Shown here: in pieces, positions 37,586 through 47,788 of the stretch
Layout of the letters: each line of letters opens with the position of its first letter
Position numbering within the stretch: position 1 is the first letter of the stretch
NCBI GenBank assembly: GCA_023667435.1
Contig: JAMPAB010000003.1
Location: 3,176-67,175 of the forward strand
Source: Corallococcus sp.
GTDB taxonomy: Bacteria > Bacillota > Clostridia > Christensenellales > CAG-314
Length of the DNA stretch: 64,000 bases
Direction: 5' to 3'
Program-made: the position numbers and the translations under genes
Notes under the pieces: model-generated
The model's input: only the letters and a program-made list of their open reading frames with translations
The model's database searches: none
What the model was told of the DNA's origin: nothing

Positions 37586-37673
37586 ATAACGACGTATAAC
37601 TGCCGTTGTACAACGCGTCACGGCGACAAACTGTATGCGAACGCAGCGGCCGGCTTTCCTGCGCGTAGTATAA
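37586..37673 (+). repeat. Module D: shortened copy (two phased repeats plus hairpin) in the leader of the SDR gene
   Basis: ATAACG 37586, ATAACT 37596, TTGTAC 37606 (10-bp phase). Arms TTGTACAACGCG (37606-17) and CGCGTAGTATAA (37662-73) give 12 pairs with one G-T and one mismatch. Confidence 0.5.
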
Positions 37674-37741
37674 GAACATTTGGATCGAACGTCCGAATAT
37701 CGGATAAACAAAAAACAAATACTGATTACGGAGGAGATATT

Positions 37742-38515
37742 ATGAAAATTGCATTAGTAACGGGCGCGTCAAGCGGAATGGGCAAAGAATTCGCGTTAAA
37801 GCTGGACGAATTCGGTCTGGACGAAATTTGGGGAGTTGCGTTAGATCAAAGCGGTCTTGACGAAACGGGCAAGCTTATGAAAACGCCGTTCCGTACTTTT
37901 GCCGTCGATCTTACCAAAGACGGCGTTGACGTTGTCAGACAGACGGTAGAAGCGGAAAAACCCGACATACGGTGGCTGGTAAACGCGAGCGGTTTCGGAA
38001 AATTCGGAAGATACGACGAAATACCCGTAGAACAAAGTACGAATATGGTGCGTCTCAACTGCGAAGTTTTGGTCGCTATTACGGAATATTGTTTGCCGTA
38101 TATGACTTCGGGCGCAAAAATCGCCCAGTTCAGTTCTGTTGCCGCTTTTCAACCGACACCGTTCCAAAACGTGTACGCCGCGACGAAAGCGTTTGTTCAC
38201 AGCTACGCAAGGGCGCTTAACGTAGAACTGCGTCCGCGAAAAATCAAAGTATGCGCTGTCTGCCCGTTCTGGACAAAGACGGATTTTTTCGACAGAGCGG
38301 AAACGACGGACCACAAAGTAGTCATCAACTATGCGGCGATGTACGATCCGAAAGACGTTGTCAAGCGCGCGTACAAAGATATAATGAAAGGCAAAGATAT
38401 TTCCATATGCGGTTTCATCGCGCGCAGTCAGGTGCGAATGGTGAGGATCGTTCCTACTACCGCCGTTATGAATACGTGGGTTAAACAACAGAAATTCGAC
38501 AAACGCTACAAATAA
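37742..38515 (+). CDS. SDR-family oxidoreductase
   Basis: MKIALVTGASSGMGKEF (TGxxxGxG) and YAATKAF (YxxxK). GGAGGAG is upstream. Confidence 0.85.
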   Translation: MKIALVTGASSGMGKEFALKLDEFGLDEIWGVALDQSGLDETGKLMKTPFRTFAVDLTKDGVDVVRQTVEAEKPDIRWLVNASGFGKFGRYDEIPVEQSTNMVRLNCEVLVAITEYCLPYMTSGAKIAQFSSVAAFQPTPFQNVYAATKAFVHSYARALNVELRPRKIKVCAVCPFWTKTDFFDRAETTDHKVVINYAAMYDPKDVVKRAYKDIMKGKDISICGFIARSQVRMVRIVPTTAVMNTWVKQQKFDKRYK

Positions 38516-38612
38516 AAACTCAATTTAACCGAAACCGATAACCTTCGGTCGCAAACGGAACAAGCAAAAAAAGAACCGCGCCCTAAAATAAAAATGGGGC
38601 GCGGTTTACGGT

Positions 38613-39392
38613 TTATAAAATTATGAGCGATACGGTTAACGGAATAATCAGATAGACAGCAAACCATATCCAGCTTTTCGTTTTTACGGCGCGCATAACC
38701 ATATAAACGGAAACAAGTCCCGAAACAAATGCGGCAAGTATTCCTATTGCAATGCAGTACCAGGATACCGTAACCGTTGTCGTAAACGCTTCGTACCCTT
38801 CTACCAAAGCGCTTGCAACGATAATCGGCACGGACAGCAGAAAGGAAAATTCCGCCGCGTCGCTTGCGTTTACGCCGAACAGTTTCATAACGGAAATGGT
38901 GCTTCCGCTTCGGGATAAGCCGGGAAAAACGGCGACGCCCTGCGTTATGCCTGTAATTACTGCGGGAAGCCACCCTGTTTCGTTCAGTCTCAAACGGGGA
39001 CGTGCCAGTCTGTCGGAGAGGACGATCAGTACGATAGTCAGCGCAAAACCGACGGGAAGAATTTTCTGCATAAAGCTTTCGGGGACGAACAGTTTTACAA
39101 GCAGCGCCAAAACAAACGTAGGAATACTTGCAATGACAAGATAAAGAAAACGCTTATCCCGTACGGGATGACGGATTGCCGACAGTAAGCTTTTTCTCAT
39201 AGATATTATTACCGCAAGCAGCGTCCCGATATGAAGCATTACGTCGAAGAATAGCCCTGCATGTATATCGAACAATTTTTCGGCAAGCAAAAGGTGTCCG
39301 CTGCTCGATACGGGCAGAAACTCGGTAAATCCTTGCAATAATCCCAAAAAGATGCTTTCCAATACCGTCATAAAACCTCTTAAAGCAGACAA
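38613..39392 (-). CDS. uppP: Undecaprenyl-diphosphate phosphatase
   Basis: 259-aa multi-TM ORF with GLLQGFTEFLPVSSSGHL and PGLSRSG motifs. Confidence 0.85.
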   Translation of the reverse strand: MSALRGFMTVLESIFLGLLQGFTEFLPVSSSGHLLLAEKLFDIHAGLFFDVMLHIGTLLAVIISMRKSLLSAIRHPVRDKRFLYLVIASIPTFVLALLVKLFVPESFMQKILPVGFALTIVLIVLSDRLARPRLRLNETGWLPAVITGITQGVAVFPGLSRSGSTISVMKLFGVNASDAAEFSFLLSVPIIVASALVEGYEAFTTTVTVSWYCIAIGILAAFVSGLVSVYMVMRAVKTKSWIWFAVYLIIPLTVSLIIL

Positions 39393-39657
39393 AGAAAGCG
39401 CGCTAACGCGCGAGACAACCGCAGTAAATAAATGTACTATTGCCGCATTTGTCGGAAAAGGTTTTCAAAAAACTTCAACTTTACAGGTCACGTTGCGGTA
39501 GGACTATCCTGATAAGGCAAGAACTTACGTACGGAACGAACATGTAGAAGCAAATTTTGAGTAGCCTTCTGCCGACGAAACGTTGCCGTTTCGAACTCTT
39601 GCGTACGGTTTCCGTTACGGCAAAACCTCAGCTTGCTTTCAAAAACGGGCAAAGTTA

Positions 39658-39686
39658 TTTACAATCGGCGAATTATATAGTACAAT
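39658..39686 (+). promoter_or_regulatory. Promoter-like TTTACA-17-TACAAT upstream of ychF
   Basis: Hexamers at 39658-63 and 39681-86. Followed by a GC-rich nested hairpin (AGTACGCG...CGCGTACT). Confidence 0.45.
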
Positions 39687-39790
39687 TATAATGCGATAAA
39701 GTACGCGGCGCTCTAAACGGGCGCGGACGGACAATGCGCGTACTATACAAGTTTACGCAATTTTTGAAAGTTTTAGACCTGAGGTGTATA

Positions 39791-40882
39791 ATGAAGCTGG
39801 GAGTAGTCGGTTTACCCAATGTAGGAAAAAGCACTTTATTTAACGCGATAACGCAAGCGGGCGCAGAAATAGCAAATTACCCGTTCTGCACAATCGAACC
39901 CAACGTAGGCGTTGTTGCCGTACCCGACGAGCGGTTGGATAAACTTGCGGCGTTGTACGACAGTAAGAAAATTACGCCTACGTATCTCAAATTCGTAGAT
40001 ATAGCGGGACTTGTAAAGGGCGCTTCGCGCGGCGAAGGTTTGGGCAACAAGTTTCTTTCGCACATACGCGAAGTAGACGCGATAGTCCACGTAGTACGTT
40101 GCTTTGCCGACAGCAACGTCACACACGTTTCCGACAAAATCGACCCCGTCGAGGATATGTCTACAATCAATCTCGAGCTTATTCTTGCGGATATCGAAAC
40201 GGTCAACGCGCGTATGGCGAAAGCGGTCAATATGCAGAAAACGGGCGACAAGAAATACAAAACGGAGGCGGAGCTGCTCAAACGTATTCTTGCGCATTTG
40301 GAAAGCGAAAAACCCGTTCGCACAATGGAATTCGACGAGGACGAAAAGCAGGCGGTCGAGGAAATGTTCCTGCTTACCTTTAAGCCCGTAATTTACGCGG
40401 CGAATATCGCCGAAGAAGATTTGGGTAAGACGGACAACAGGTTCGTATCTATGGTGGAAGAAAAAGCTTCCGAAGAGAACGCGGAAACGCTTGTTATATG
40501 CGCTAAGGTAGAGGAGGAATTATCCCGACTTGACGCAGAAGAAAAAGCTATGTTTTTGGAAAGCTACGGAATCGAGGAGAGCGGACTGAACCGACTTGTC
40601 AAAAAGTGTTACAAGCTGCTGCATTTGGTAAGCTATTTAACCGCAGGCGAAAAAGAAACACGCGCCTGGACGGTGAACGAAGGAACGAAAGCGCCGCAGG
40701 CGGCGGGTAAAATTCACAGCGATTTCGAAAAGGGATTTATCCGCGCCGAAATCGTTCCGTACGACGTCATGTTGGAATCGGGCGGTTACAATCAGGCAAA
40801 AGAACGCGGTAAGGTACGCAGCGAGGGCAAGGACTACGTAATTAAAGACGGCGACGTCGTTTTGTTCCGATTCAACGTTTAG
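39791..40882 (+). CDS. ychF: Ribosome-binding ATPase YchF
   Basis: MKLGVVGLPNVGKSTLFNAIT.., and a C-terminal ..IHSDFEKGFIRAEIV..DGDVVLFRFNV. Confidence 0.9.
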   Translation: MKLGVVGLPNVGKSTLFNAITQAGAEIANYPFCTIEPNVGVVAVPDERLDKLAALYDSKKITPTYLKFVDIAGLVKGASRGEGLGNKFLSHIREVDAIVHVVRCFADSNVTHVSDKIDPVEDMSTINLELILADIETVNARMAKAVNMQKTGDKKYKTEAELLKRILAHLESEKPVRTMEFDEDEKQAVEEMFLLTFKPVIYAANIAEEDLGKTDNRFVSMVEEKASEENAETLVICAKVEEELSRLDAEEKAMFLESYGIEESGLNRLVKKCYKLLHLVSYLTAGEKETRAWTVNEGTKAPQAAGKIHSDFEKGFIRAEIVPYDVMLESGGYNQAKERGKVRSEGKDYVIKDGDVVLFRFNV

Positions 40883-40999
40883 TTTTAATTGCGGAAAACT
40901 TTTGTAACAGGATATTAAAATAACGGTATAAACGAAGACCGCGTAATATAACGGCAAAACGGTAGGTCGCAACGCGGAAAGAACAGTCGAGGATCATGA

Positions 41000-42658
41000 A
41001 TGAACGAAACAAAAACGCCCGATACGAATAACCGAAAAATCAGTTTGGGTAACAAACTTGCGTTTGCTTGCGGAGATATTTTCGGCGGAGGAAGCTTCAA
41101 TATAATCAACTTTCTGTTTACGCCGTTTTTAACGCTGGTCGTGGGTATTCCTATGATATACCTTACGCCCATTTTGCTGCTTACAAAGTTGTGGGACGGT
41201 ATAATCGATCCGTTTATCGGAAAAATAACCGACGGAAAACAACCGGGAAAATACGGCAAACGCAGATATTTTATGTTGATTTGCGCGCCTCTCGTGCTTG
41301 TCGGATTCGTGCTGTTGTTTTTCCCCTGGAATCTGGTGACGGACAGCGTTGCGTTGAAATGCGTTTTCGTCGTGTTGGTGTATATGCTTTACGCAACGGC
41401 GCAAAGCTTCGTGCTTATTCCGTACTATTCTCACGCGAGCGAGATGACGGACGATTTCAACGAACGTAACAACGTAAATGCCGTTCGTTTGGCGTTCAGC
41501 ATTGCATCGAGTATAATATGCGTAGCCGTTCCCGGATTGATAGCTTCGCCTACGAAGAAAGACAACGGTGTATGTTATTTGATTATGGCGGGCGTGTTCG
41601 GCGCGGTATTTGCAGCGTCCGTTCTGATTACGGCATTGTTCAGTAAAGAAAAAATAGTAACGCCTTCGGTAAAATCCAAAATAAGCTTGAAGGAATTCGT
41701 GCGTCCGTTAAAAGTTAAAACGTACAGGCAGTATCTGGGGATGCAAATGTGTACGTCTATGGCGATGGCGGTAATGTCCAGCTTTTTCTTCACTTTTTGC
41801 GATTTTTATCTGAGGCGTATGACGTATCGCGAGGTCACTTTGTTGGGAGACGACGGAACGCGTTTTCCCATCGCCACCGTTGCCGCCGCAATGATGTTCG
41901 TCGCGCAGATATTCGCGTTGCCGTTTTATCTCAAACTAATCAAAGTTAAATCGAAACGGTTTGCGTATCTTACGGGCGCGTTTATATGGATCGGCGTCGT
42001 CGCGCTTATGTTGATATTGCCTGCGGAAACGGAAATAGGCTCGAAACTTACGGACAGCGGCAAGACGAGCGTGTTTACGGTAAGCGGAACGCCCGACTGG
42101 GCGGTAATAATATTCGGACTTTTGACAGGGTTCGGAATAGGCGGAACGGTATTCGTGCCGCACAGTAGCTTCGGCGACGTGTGCGACGTGGGAGAACTGT
42201 ATTTCGGAGAGCGTACCGAAGGCGCGTTTTCGGGACTTACCAACTTCCTCAATACCGCCGCGCAGGCAATAGGACTTGCCATTCCTCCTGCAATTATAGG
42301 TTTGGCGGGATACGTCGAAACCCGTTACGTTACGGAAGACGTTTATCAAACCTTATTGAGTTCGTCCGTTGCCGAACAGGAAAATTATTTGGGAATGGCT
42401 TTGTCGCAATTCAGAGCGAACGTAGGCAACGGTTCCGTTCAGTTGCTGCCCATTTCTCAGTCGGAATCGGCGCAGCTTGCGCTAAGACTTACTTTTACGC
42501 TGCTTCCCATTGTTATTATGATAATAGGAGCAATCATAGCTTTCAGATACAAATTGACCAAAGATTTGCAAAAACAGATTGTGGAAGCGAATTTACGTCA
42601 GGATAAAACGAGCGAAGAGTTTAAGCAGTTGAGAGAAGAGTTGCTTAAACAGTTATAA
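41000..42658 (+). CDS. GPH-family (glycoside-pentoside-hexuronide) cation symporter
   Basis: 552-aa ORF with 12 or more TM segments. N-terminus KLAFACGDIFGGGSFNIINF and the KLWDGIIDPFIGKITD motif. Confidence 0.7.
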   Translation: MNETKTPDTNNRKISLGNKLAFACGDIFGGGSFNIINFLFTPFLTLVVGIPMIYLTPILLLTKLWDGIIDPFIGKITDGKQPGKYGKRRYFMLICAPLVLVGFVLLFFPWNLVTDSVALKCVFVVLVYMLYATAQSFVLIPYYSHASEMTDDFNERNNVNAVRLAFSIASSIICVAVPGLIASPTKKDNGVCYLIMAGVFGAVFAASVLITALFSKEKIVTPSVKSKISLKEFVRPLKVKTYRQYLGMQMCTSMAMAVMSSFFFTFCDFYLRRMTYREVTLLGDDGTRFPIATVAAAMMFVAQIFALPFYLKLIKVKSKRFAYLTGAFIWIGVVALMLILPAETEIGSKLTDSGKTSVFTVSGTPDWAVIIFGLLTGFGIGGTVFVPHSSFGDVCDVGELYFGERTEGAFSGLTNFLNTAAQAIGLAIPPAIIGLAGYVETRYVTEDVYQTLLSSSVAEQENYLGMALSQFRANVGNGSVQLLPISQSESAQLALRLTFTLLPIVIMIIGAIIAFRYKLTKDLQKQIVEANLRQDKTSEEFKQLREELLKQL

Positions 42659-42669
42659 GACGGAAAAAA

Positions 42670-43443
42670 ATGATAAAAATTACGCCGCTGTTTTCCGGAA
42701 GCAAAGGAAACAGTACATTGATACAAACGGATAAAGTCAGTATTTTGTTGGATATGGGATACTGTTATAAGCAGATAACGGCGAGGCTTGCCGAGTCGGG
42801 TCTTGACGCGAAGGATATCGACGGCATCGTTATAACCCACGAGCACAGCGATCACATATCCGCGCTTCCCTTATGGACGCGCAGTTTCGATACGCAAATC
42901 TACGCTCCCGAACTTATCGCCGATTACATACGTCAACGGACTTACGGCAATAACGTGGAAGAGATAACGGGCAGTTTCGTTATAGGAGACGTAAAAATAG
43001 ACTGCTACGAGTGTTCGCACGATTCACGCGTATGTTACGGTTACCGTTTCAGCGTCGGAGAAGACAGCGTTGCAAGCGTAACGGATACGGGTTGTTTCAA
43101 CGACGGGCTTATCGGATTTCTTGCGCCGTGCTCAACCGTGCAGTTAGAGAGCAATCACGACGAAGATATGTTAAAGCACGGCAGCTATCATTACTTGCTC
43201 AAAAAGCGTATTCTGTCCGATTCGGGACATTTGTCCAACGCGCAGACCGCCGAAATTCTGGCGCGTCTTGCAAGCGGAAAACTGAAGAACGTAATTTTGG
43301 CGCATTTGTCCGAAGAAAACAACACAAAGGAACTCGCCTTCAATTCCGCATTTGAAGCTCTTAAAAAATCGGGACGGGTAGAAGGACGGGACGTTCGGAT
43401 ATATATAGCGGATCAATATACCAACAGGTTTACGATATGTTAA
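42670..43443 (+). CDS. MBL-fold metallo-hydrolase
   Basis: 257-aa ORF with ITHEHSDH (H-x-H-x-D-H). Confidence 0.8.
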   Translation: MIKITPLFSGSKGNSTLIQTDKVSILLDMGYCYKQITARLAESGLDAKDIDGIVITHEHSDHISALPLWTRSFDTQIYAPELIADYIRQRTYGNNVEEITGSFVIGDVKIDCYECSHDSRVCYGYRFSVGEDSVASVTDTGCFNDGLIGFLAPCSTVQLESNHDEDMLKHGSYHYLLKKRILSDSGHLSNAQTAEILARLASGKLKNVILAHLSEENNTKELAFNSAFEALKKSGRVEGRDVRIYIADQYTNRFTIC

Positions 43444-44339
43444 AAAACAAATTTAACAAAAACGATATAGGCGCGCTTTTCGCATCGGCGGTGTTCGCAA
43501 CGTTTACCGTTGCGTTGATCGCATCCTTTGTCTCGCAGATATTTTCCGTTCCGCAGGACAACAACGTATTAAGGATAGTTCAAACCGCAGTAAACACAAT
43601 CGCTATCGGTTCCGTCGCGTTTATCTACGCCAAAGCAAGCAGAACAAACGTCGTTACCGCAAGCAAAATGAACGCAAAACCTCCTCTTGCTCATATAGGA
43701 TGGGGGTGTTTGGCGACGGTATGCTTAATCGCTTTTATGTTGCCGTTGAATATGTGGATAAGCAAATTGATCGTTTCGCTGGGATTGCCCGATCCTTCGG
43801 TAGACATCGATTTCGACATAGCGTCGCTGATTATTTTAGCGGCGGTTCTTCCCGCCTTTTTCGAGGAAATAGTTTTTCGCGGAGCGATAGCGGGCGCGTT
43901 GGAGGGAAACAAAAATAAGCTTGCAAGTCTGGCGATAGCGGGCGCGCTGTTTTCGCTGTTTCATATGAATCCCGCTCAAACGGTTCATCAATTTGCGTTG
44001 GGAGCGTTGCTTGCGCTGATATTTTACCGTAGCGGAAGTTTATGGACGACGGTAATAATACACTTTTTCAACAATATTTTCGTAATAGCGCTTTCGGCGA
44101 TTTTCGGCGACGAAGCAATAGACTCGTTTATAAACAATAACGCGATATGGTTGTTTTTTGTCGGACTGGTATGTTTTGCGGGGTGCATTGTCGGCTATAT
44201 GTTTACCACAAAGAGCAAGTGGCAGTCGAATAACGACGAAGAACCCAAATACAACCGCAACTGTTTGATACTGCTGATTGCGGCGGTAGCCGTATGCGCA
44301 GCCGTATGGCTAACGGCGTTGATTGTGAGTACGGAATGA
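43437..44339 (+). CDS. CPBP-family intramembrane glutamic endopeptidase
   Basis: FFEEIVFRG, FSLFHM and HFFNN motifs in a multi-TM ORF. Confidence 0.8.
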   Translation: MLKNKFNKNDIGALFASAVFATFTVALIASFVSQIFSVPQDNNVLRIVQTAVNTIAIGSVAFIYAKASRTNVVTASKMNAKPPLAHIGWGCLATVCLIAFMLPLNMWISKLIVSLGLPDPSVDIDFDIASLIILAAVLPAFFEEIVFRGAIAGALEGNKNKLASLAIAGALFSLFHMNPAQTVHQFALGALLALIFYRSGSLWTTVIIHFFNNIFVIALSAIFGDEAIDSFINNNAIWLFFVGLVCFAGCIVGYMFTTKSKWQSNNDEEPKYNRNCLILLIAAVAVCAAVWLTALIVSTE

Positions 44340-44806
44340 AATTCAAAATTATAGCGGTAGGCAAAATCAAAGAAAATTATTATAGGGAAGCGGTAGCGGA
44401 ATACGTCAAGCGCTTATCGAGGTTTGCTTCCGTAGAAATTACGGAAGTGCCCGAATGTTACTTCAACGGCGAACCGAACGGAAAAGAAATCGAAAAAATA
44501 ATATCCGTCGAGGGACAGGGTATTTTGCAAAAGGCGGAAGGATTTACCGTCGCTATGGATATTGCAGGCCGTGAAACGTCCAGCGAAGAACTGTCGCAGC
44601 TTATAGTTAGCAACAAAATGACGAACTCCGTTTTTTCCTTTATTATAGGCGGAAGTTACGGACTGTCCGACGAGGTAAAGAAAAAAGCGCATGCGCGCTG
44701 CTCTTTCGGTAAAATTACGCTGCCGCATCAACTGTTCAGAGTTGTACTTTGCGAACAGATTTATCGCGCCTGCTGCATAGAAAACAACGTCGCGTATCAC
44801 AAGTAA
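44336..44806 (+). CDS. rlmH: 23S rRNA (pseudouridine1915-N3)-methyltransferase RlmH
   Basis: MKFKIIAVGKIKENYYREAV.., IIGGSYGL, and ..LPHQLFRVVLCEQIYRA. ATGA overlap with the upstream stop. Confidence 0.85.
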   Translation: MKFKIIAVGKIKENYYREAVAEYVKRLSRFASVEITEVPECYFNGEPNGKEIEKIISVEGQGILQKAEGFTVAMDIAGRETSSEELSQLIVSNKMTNSVFSFIIGGSYGLSDEVKKKAHARCSFGKITLPHQLFRVVLCEQIYRACCIENNVAYHK

Positions 44807-44908
44807 ATACGTTGAAAAAAACGTGCAAAGAAAAAGCTGTTTAAAAGTTATATGGTCAAAACGATTATAATGTGCTAAAATAGTAGTAACAGAAAAAGGC
44901 GAATTATT

Positions 44909-46546
44909 ATGGAAATATTAACATCGCAAGCGTTGTGGGAGAATTATTCTCCTACCGAAGAACAACTGGATGTAAACGTTTTTAAATCTACCGAAAAGGA
45001 CGGACTTGTCACCAAACAGCTGTACTTTACGGGAAGAACCGTTGACGCAAACGCGAAAACGCGCGTTTTCGCAACCGTTTGCTACAAAAACACGCGCTCG
45101 GTCAAACAGGCGGTTTTGCTGATAGGAGACTACAAAAAACCCGTCAACGTCAAGGACGTCGAGGAACTTGCAAAACAGGGTTTTGTCGCTATGGCGATAG
45201 ATTTTGCAGGCAGATGCGGCAAAGGAATGTACACGGTATATACCGACGCGTTGGATTACTGCAACGCAGACGTTGCGCCCGATATGTTTTATTTTACGAC
45301 CTCCGCTCGCGAAACGAAGCTTTTCGAATATGCGTTAAACTGCCGCCGCGCCATAACGTACTTGTTTACGGAAGAAAAAATAAAGGGCGTATCGGTAGTG
45401 ACGGTAGGCAAGGGCGCATACGTAGGGATAATAGTAATGGGCGTAGACAAGCGTCTTACAAACGGCGCGGTACTGTTCGGCAGTCTTACGCGTAAGTTCC
45501 CCGAATCGGAAGAACAGGAGGAAGTAGATACGTCGGATGCGGAAATGCTTAACCGTCATCTGGAATACGACATATGGCGTCAGGCTTGGACGATGGGGCT
45601 TGCTCCCCAAACGTACGCTATGCAGGCGGAAATCCCCATATACGTAATCAACTCTGCCAACAGCGCGCGCGTCGATGCGGTCAAAGCGGACAAAATGGTA
45701 GGCAGACTGAACAACCGCTGCAGATTTTTATTGCTGCCAAACACGTTCGATTACATTTCCGACAAGTATTTCGACGGTCTTGTGCGTTGGATCAAGGGCG
45801 CGCAAGTACCCGCGCAAAAAGCGCTTACCGCAAGTTTGGACGAGAACGGCGAATATTATATCAAAGTGCAAACGTCCAGTTCCATCAATAAGGTGTCGGT
45901 GTGGTATTGCACCAATGTTAAAAAGCGCGCCAAATTCTGGCGGCAGGCAAAGGTGTATCGAGACGGGGAGTATTACGCCGCAAAACTCGATTTGTACGAC
46001 AAAGAAAACGAAATTATGGCGTTTGCGCTTTTCGATAGAGAAGTGGCGGTTTCAACGCCGCTGTTTACCGATACTGTAACGGTAGCCCGGCCGAAAATTG
46101 CAAATAAAAATATTTTCAGCGGAACAACGCAACAACGACTTATTCGTTTGGATAGCGGCGGCGCGCACCTTAATTTGCCGTTGGAGCAGCAGCTTACGGA
46201 AGGATATTTGGGAATTGTCGGCGCGCAGGGCAAAGCAATGGGAACGTTCGCCATAAGCGACGAGAGTATTTGCCGCAACTCTTCGCTTACTTTGGGATTC
46301 GACGTTTGTTGCAACGTAAAACAGCAGTTGACCGTTACCGCTTTGTGCGATTTCGGAGGAGGAAACGTAGAGTTTAAACAATCCGTCGATCTTGTCGGAG
46401 ACGGAAAGTGGCAGCGCGTAACCGTAGAAAGAGACTATTTTCGCAGAGCCGAAGACGGCAAACAAATATCCGAAGGCGACGTTATCGATATGATTATTAT
46501 CTCCGCCGACAGCGATATTATCGTAAACAACGTATTTTTGGTATGA
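44909..46546 (+). CDS. Hypothetical protein (545 aa)
   Basis: Long ORF with AAAGGCG upstream. The N-terminal third loosely resembles an alpha/beta-hydrolase fold, but no GxSxG was seen. Confidence 0.6.
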   Translation: MEILTSQALWENYSPTEEQLDVNVFKSTEKDGLVTKQLYFTGRTVDANAKTRVFATVCYKNTRSVKQAVLLIGDYKKPVNVKDVEELAKQGFVAMAIDFAGRCGKGMYTVYTDALDYCNADVAPDMFYFTTSARETKLFEYALNCRRAITYLFTEEKIKGVSVVTVGKGAYVGIIVMGVDKRLTNGAVLFGSLTRKFPESEEQEEVDTSDAEMLNRHLEYDIWRQAWTMGLAPQTYAMQAEIPIYVINSANSARVDAVKADKMVGRLNNRCRFLLLPNTFDYISDKYFDGLVRWIKGAQVPAQKALTASLDENGEYYIKVQTSSSINKVSVWYCTNVKKRAKFWRQAKVYRDGEYYAAKLDLYDKENEIMAFALFDREVAVSTPLFTDTVTVARPKIANKNIFSGTTQQRLIRLDSGGAHLNLPLEQQLTEGYLGIVGAQGKAMGTFAISDESICRNSSLTLGFDVCCNVKQQLTVTALCDFGGGNVEFKQSVDLVGDGKWQRVTVERDYFRRAEDGKQISEGDVIDMIIISADSDIIVNNVFLV

Positions 46547-46725
46547 TTTCTTATTCGGTTGGAGACAATGTAATAACGCGGAAGCCTCACGCGTGCGGTA
46601 ACGACAAATGGGAAGTCGTCCGCGTAGGAGCCGACTACAAAATAAAATGCTTGAAGTGCGGACGCGTTGTAATGCTTGACGGCGAAAAATTCCGTAAGGC
46701 GGTTAAAAACAGTGGAAACAGATAA
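46543..46725 (+). CDS. DUF951-family small protein
   Basis: MISYSVGDNVITRKPHACGNDKWEVVRVGADYKIKCLKCGRVVML (60 aa). ATGA overlap with the upstream stop. Confidence 0.7.
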   Translation: MISYSVGDNVITRKPHACGNDKWEVVRVGADYKIKCLKCGRVVMLDGEKFRKAVKNSGNR

Positions 46726-47434
46726 AGAAGAACAACTTAATCCCGATAAGGACGATTCGGTATTCGTAACGGAAGCAGAAGAAACGGTTATCGAAAGCGA
46801 CGTAACTACGAACGGTGCCGCCGCAAAAAAGAAAAGCAAAGCGGACAAAGCGATAAACATAGCGTTGTGGATTGCCATAGCGTTGCTTGTCGTTATGATT
46901 GTTTTGCGGTTGTTTGTTTTTTCGAGTATTCGCGTCATAGGAGATTCTATGACGGAAACGTATCATAGCAACGACGTGGTGACGATAAGCAAAGTTTCCA
47001 AACCGAAGCGCGGTGACGTAATAGTATTTTATAAGTACGAAATAGACAGCAAGTTTAAGGCGATGTTTGCATCGAAAGAGCAAAACGGACGCAATCAACC
47101 GTACGAAAGGCTTATCAAACGCGTAATTGCCTTAGAGGGCGACAGAGTGTGGGTTCAGCAGATTTCGCCCGATACCTATCAGGTAGTAATCGACACCGAC
47201 AGCGGCAGACTTTTCGAAGATTACTATGTAAAAAAAGGCGCGCAGCTCGACGAGTTTACGGTAAGTTACGACAAACTGGGACGTCTCGAGGGAACGACGG
47301 AGAGCAATCCTCTTGTAATAGAAAAAGGGTGTATCTTCGTAATGGGCGACAACCGCGAGGAAAGCGCCGACTCGCGCGGCGAACTGGGACAGGTGCCTCT
47401 CGACAGACTTTACGGGGTGGTCTTGGATAAATAA
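46676..47434 (+). CDS. lepB: Signal peptidase I
   Basis: GDSMTETY, LIKRVIALEGDRV and VMGDNREESADSRG motifs. The start is uncertain: the ORF start overlaps the DUF951 gene, and a GTG at 46712 is possible. Confidence 0.8.
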   Translation: MTAKNSVRRLKTVETDKEEQLNPDKDDSVFVTEAEETVIESDVTTNGAAAKKKSKADKAINIALWIAIALLVVMIVLRLFVFSSIRVIGDSMTETYHSNDVVTISKVSKPKRGDVIVFYKYEIDSKFKAMFASKEQNGRNQPYERLIKRVIALEGDRVWVQQISPDTYQVVIDTDSGRLFEDYYVKKGAQLDEFTVSYDKLGRLEGTTESNPLVIEKGCIFVMGDNREESADSRGELGQVPLDRLYGVVLDK

Positions 47435-47528
47435 CGTCGTATCGGATACAAAATTTAAAGTTCGATTCCGTTTTTGCGTCTACCCGAAAAAGTCAGACAA
47501 AAAGTTGAATAATATTTAGGTTATCTGC

Positions 47529-47563
47529 GACCGAGTTCGGTATTATGCCGAACTCGGTCTTTT
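47529..47563 (+). terminator. Intrinsic terminator after lepB
   Basis: 12-bp stem GACCGAGTTCGG / CCGAACTCGGTC followed by TTTT. Confidence 0.85.
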
Positions 47564-47788
47564 CAGTTTAGCCGTTTCTTTTAATTTTAGGTATAAATAT
47601 TCCGCGTTTTCACACTTCTATCCGCAATACGTCTCCGCTTTCATTTTGCCGAAAAAATTCTCCGTTGCGGCGTTATTCAAACGGCCGCTTTTTTTCGGGT
47701 TATCGATATAATTTTCCGATAAACCGACTTTTCGACGCATTTGCGCGGACAGGTATAATTTTTGCGCGTTTACGGAAAAATCAAACAT

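Noticed and set aside
47455-47475. A T-loop-like GTTCGATTCCG suggesting another tRNA.
   Set aside because: No acceptor, D or anticodon arms can be folded around it.
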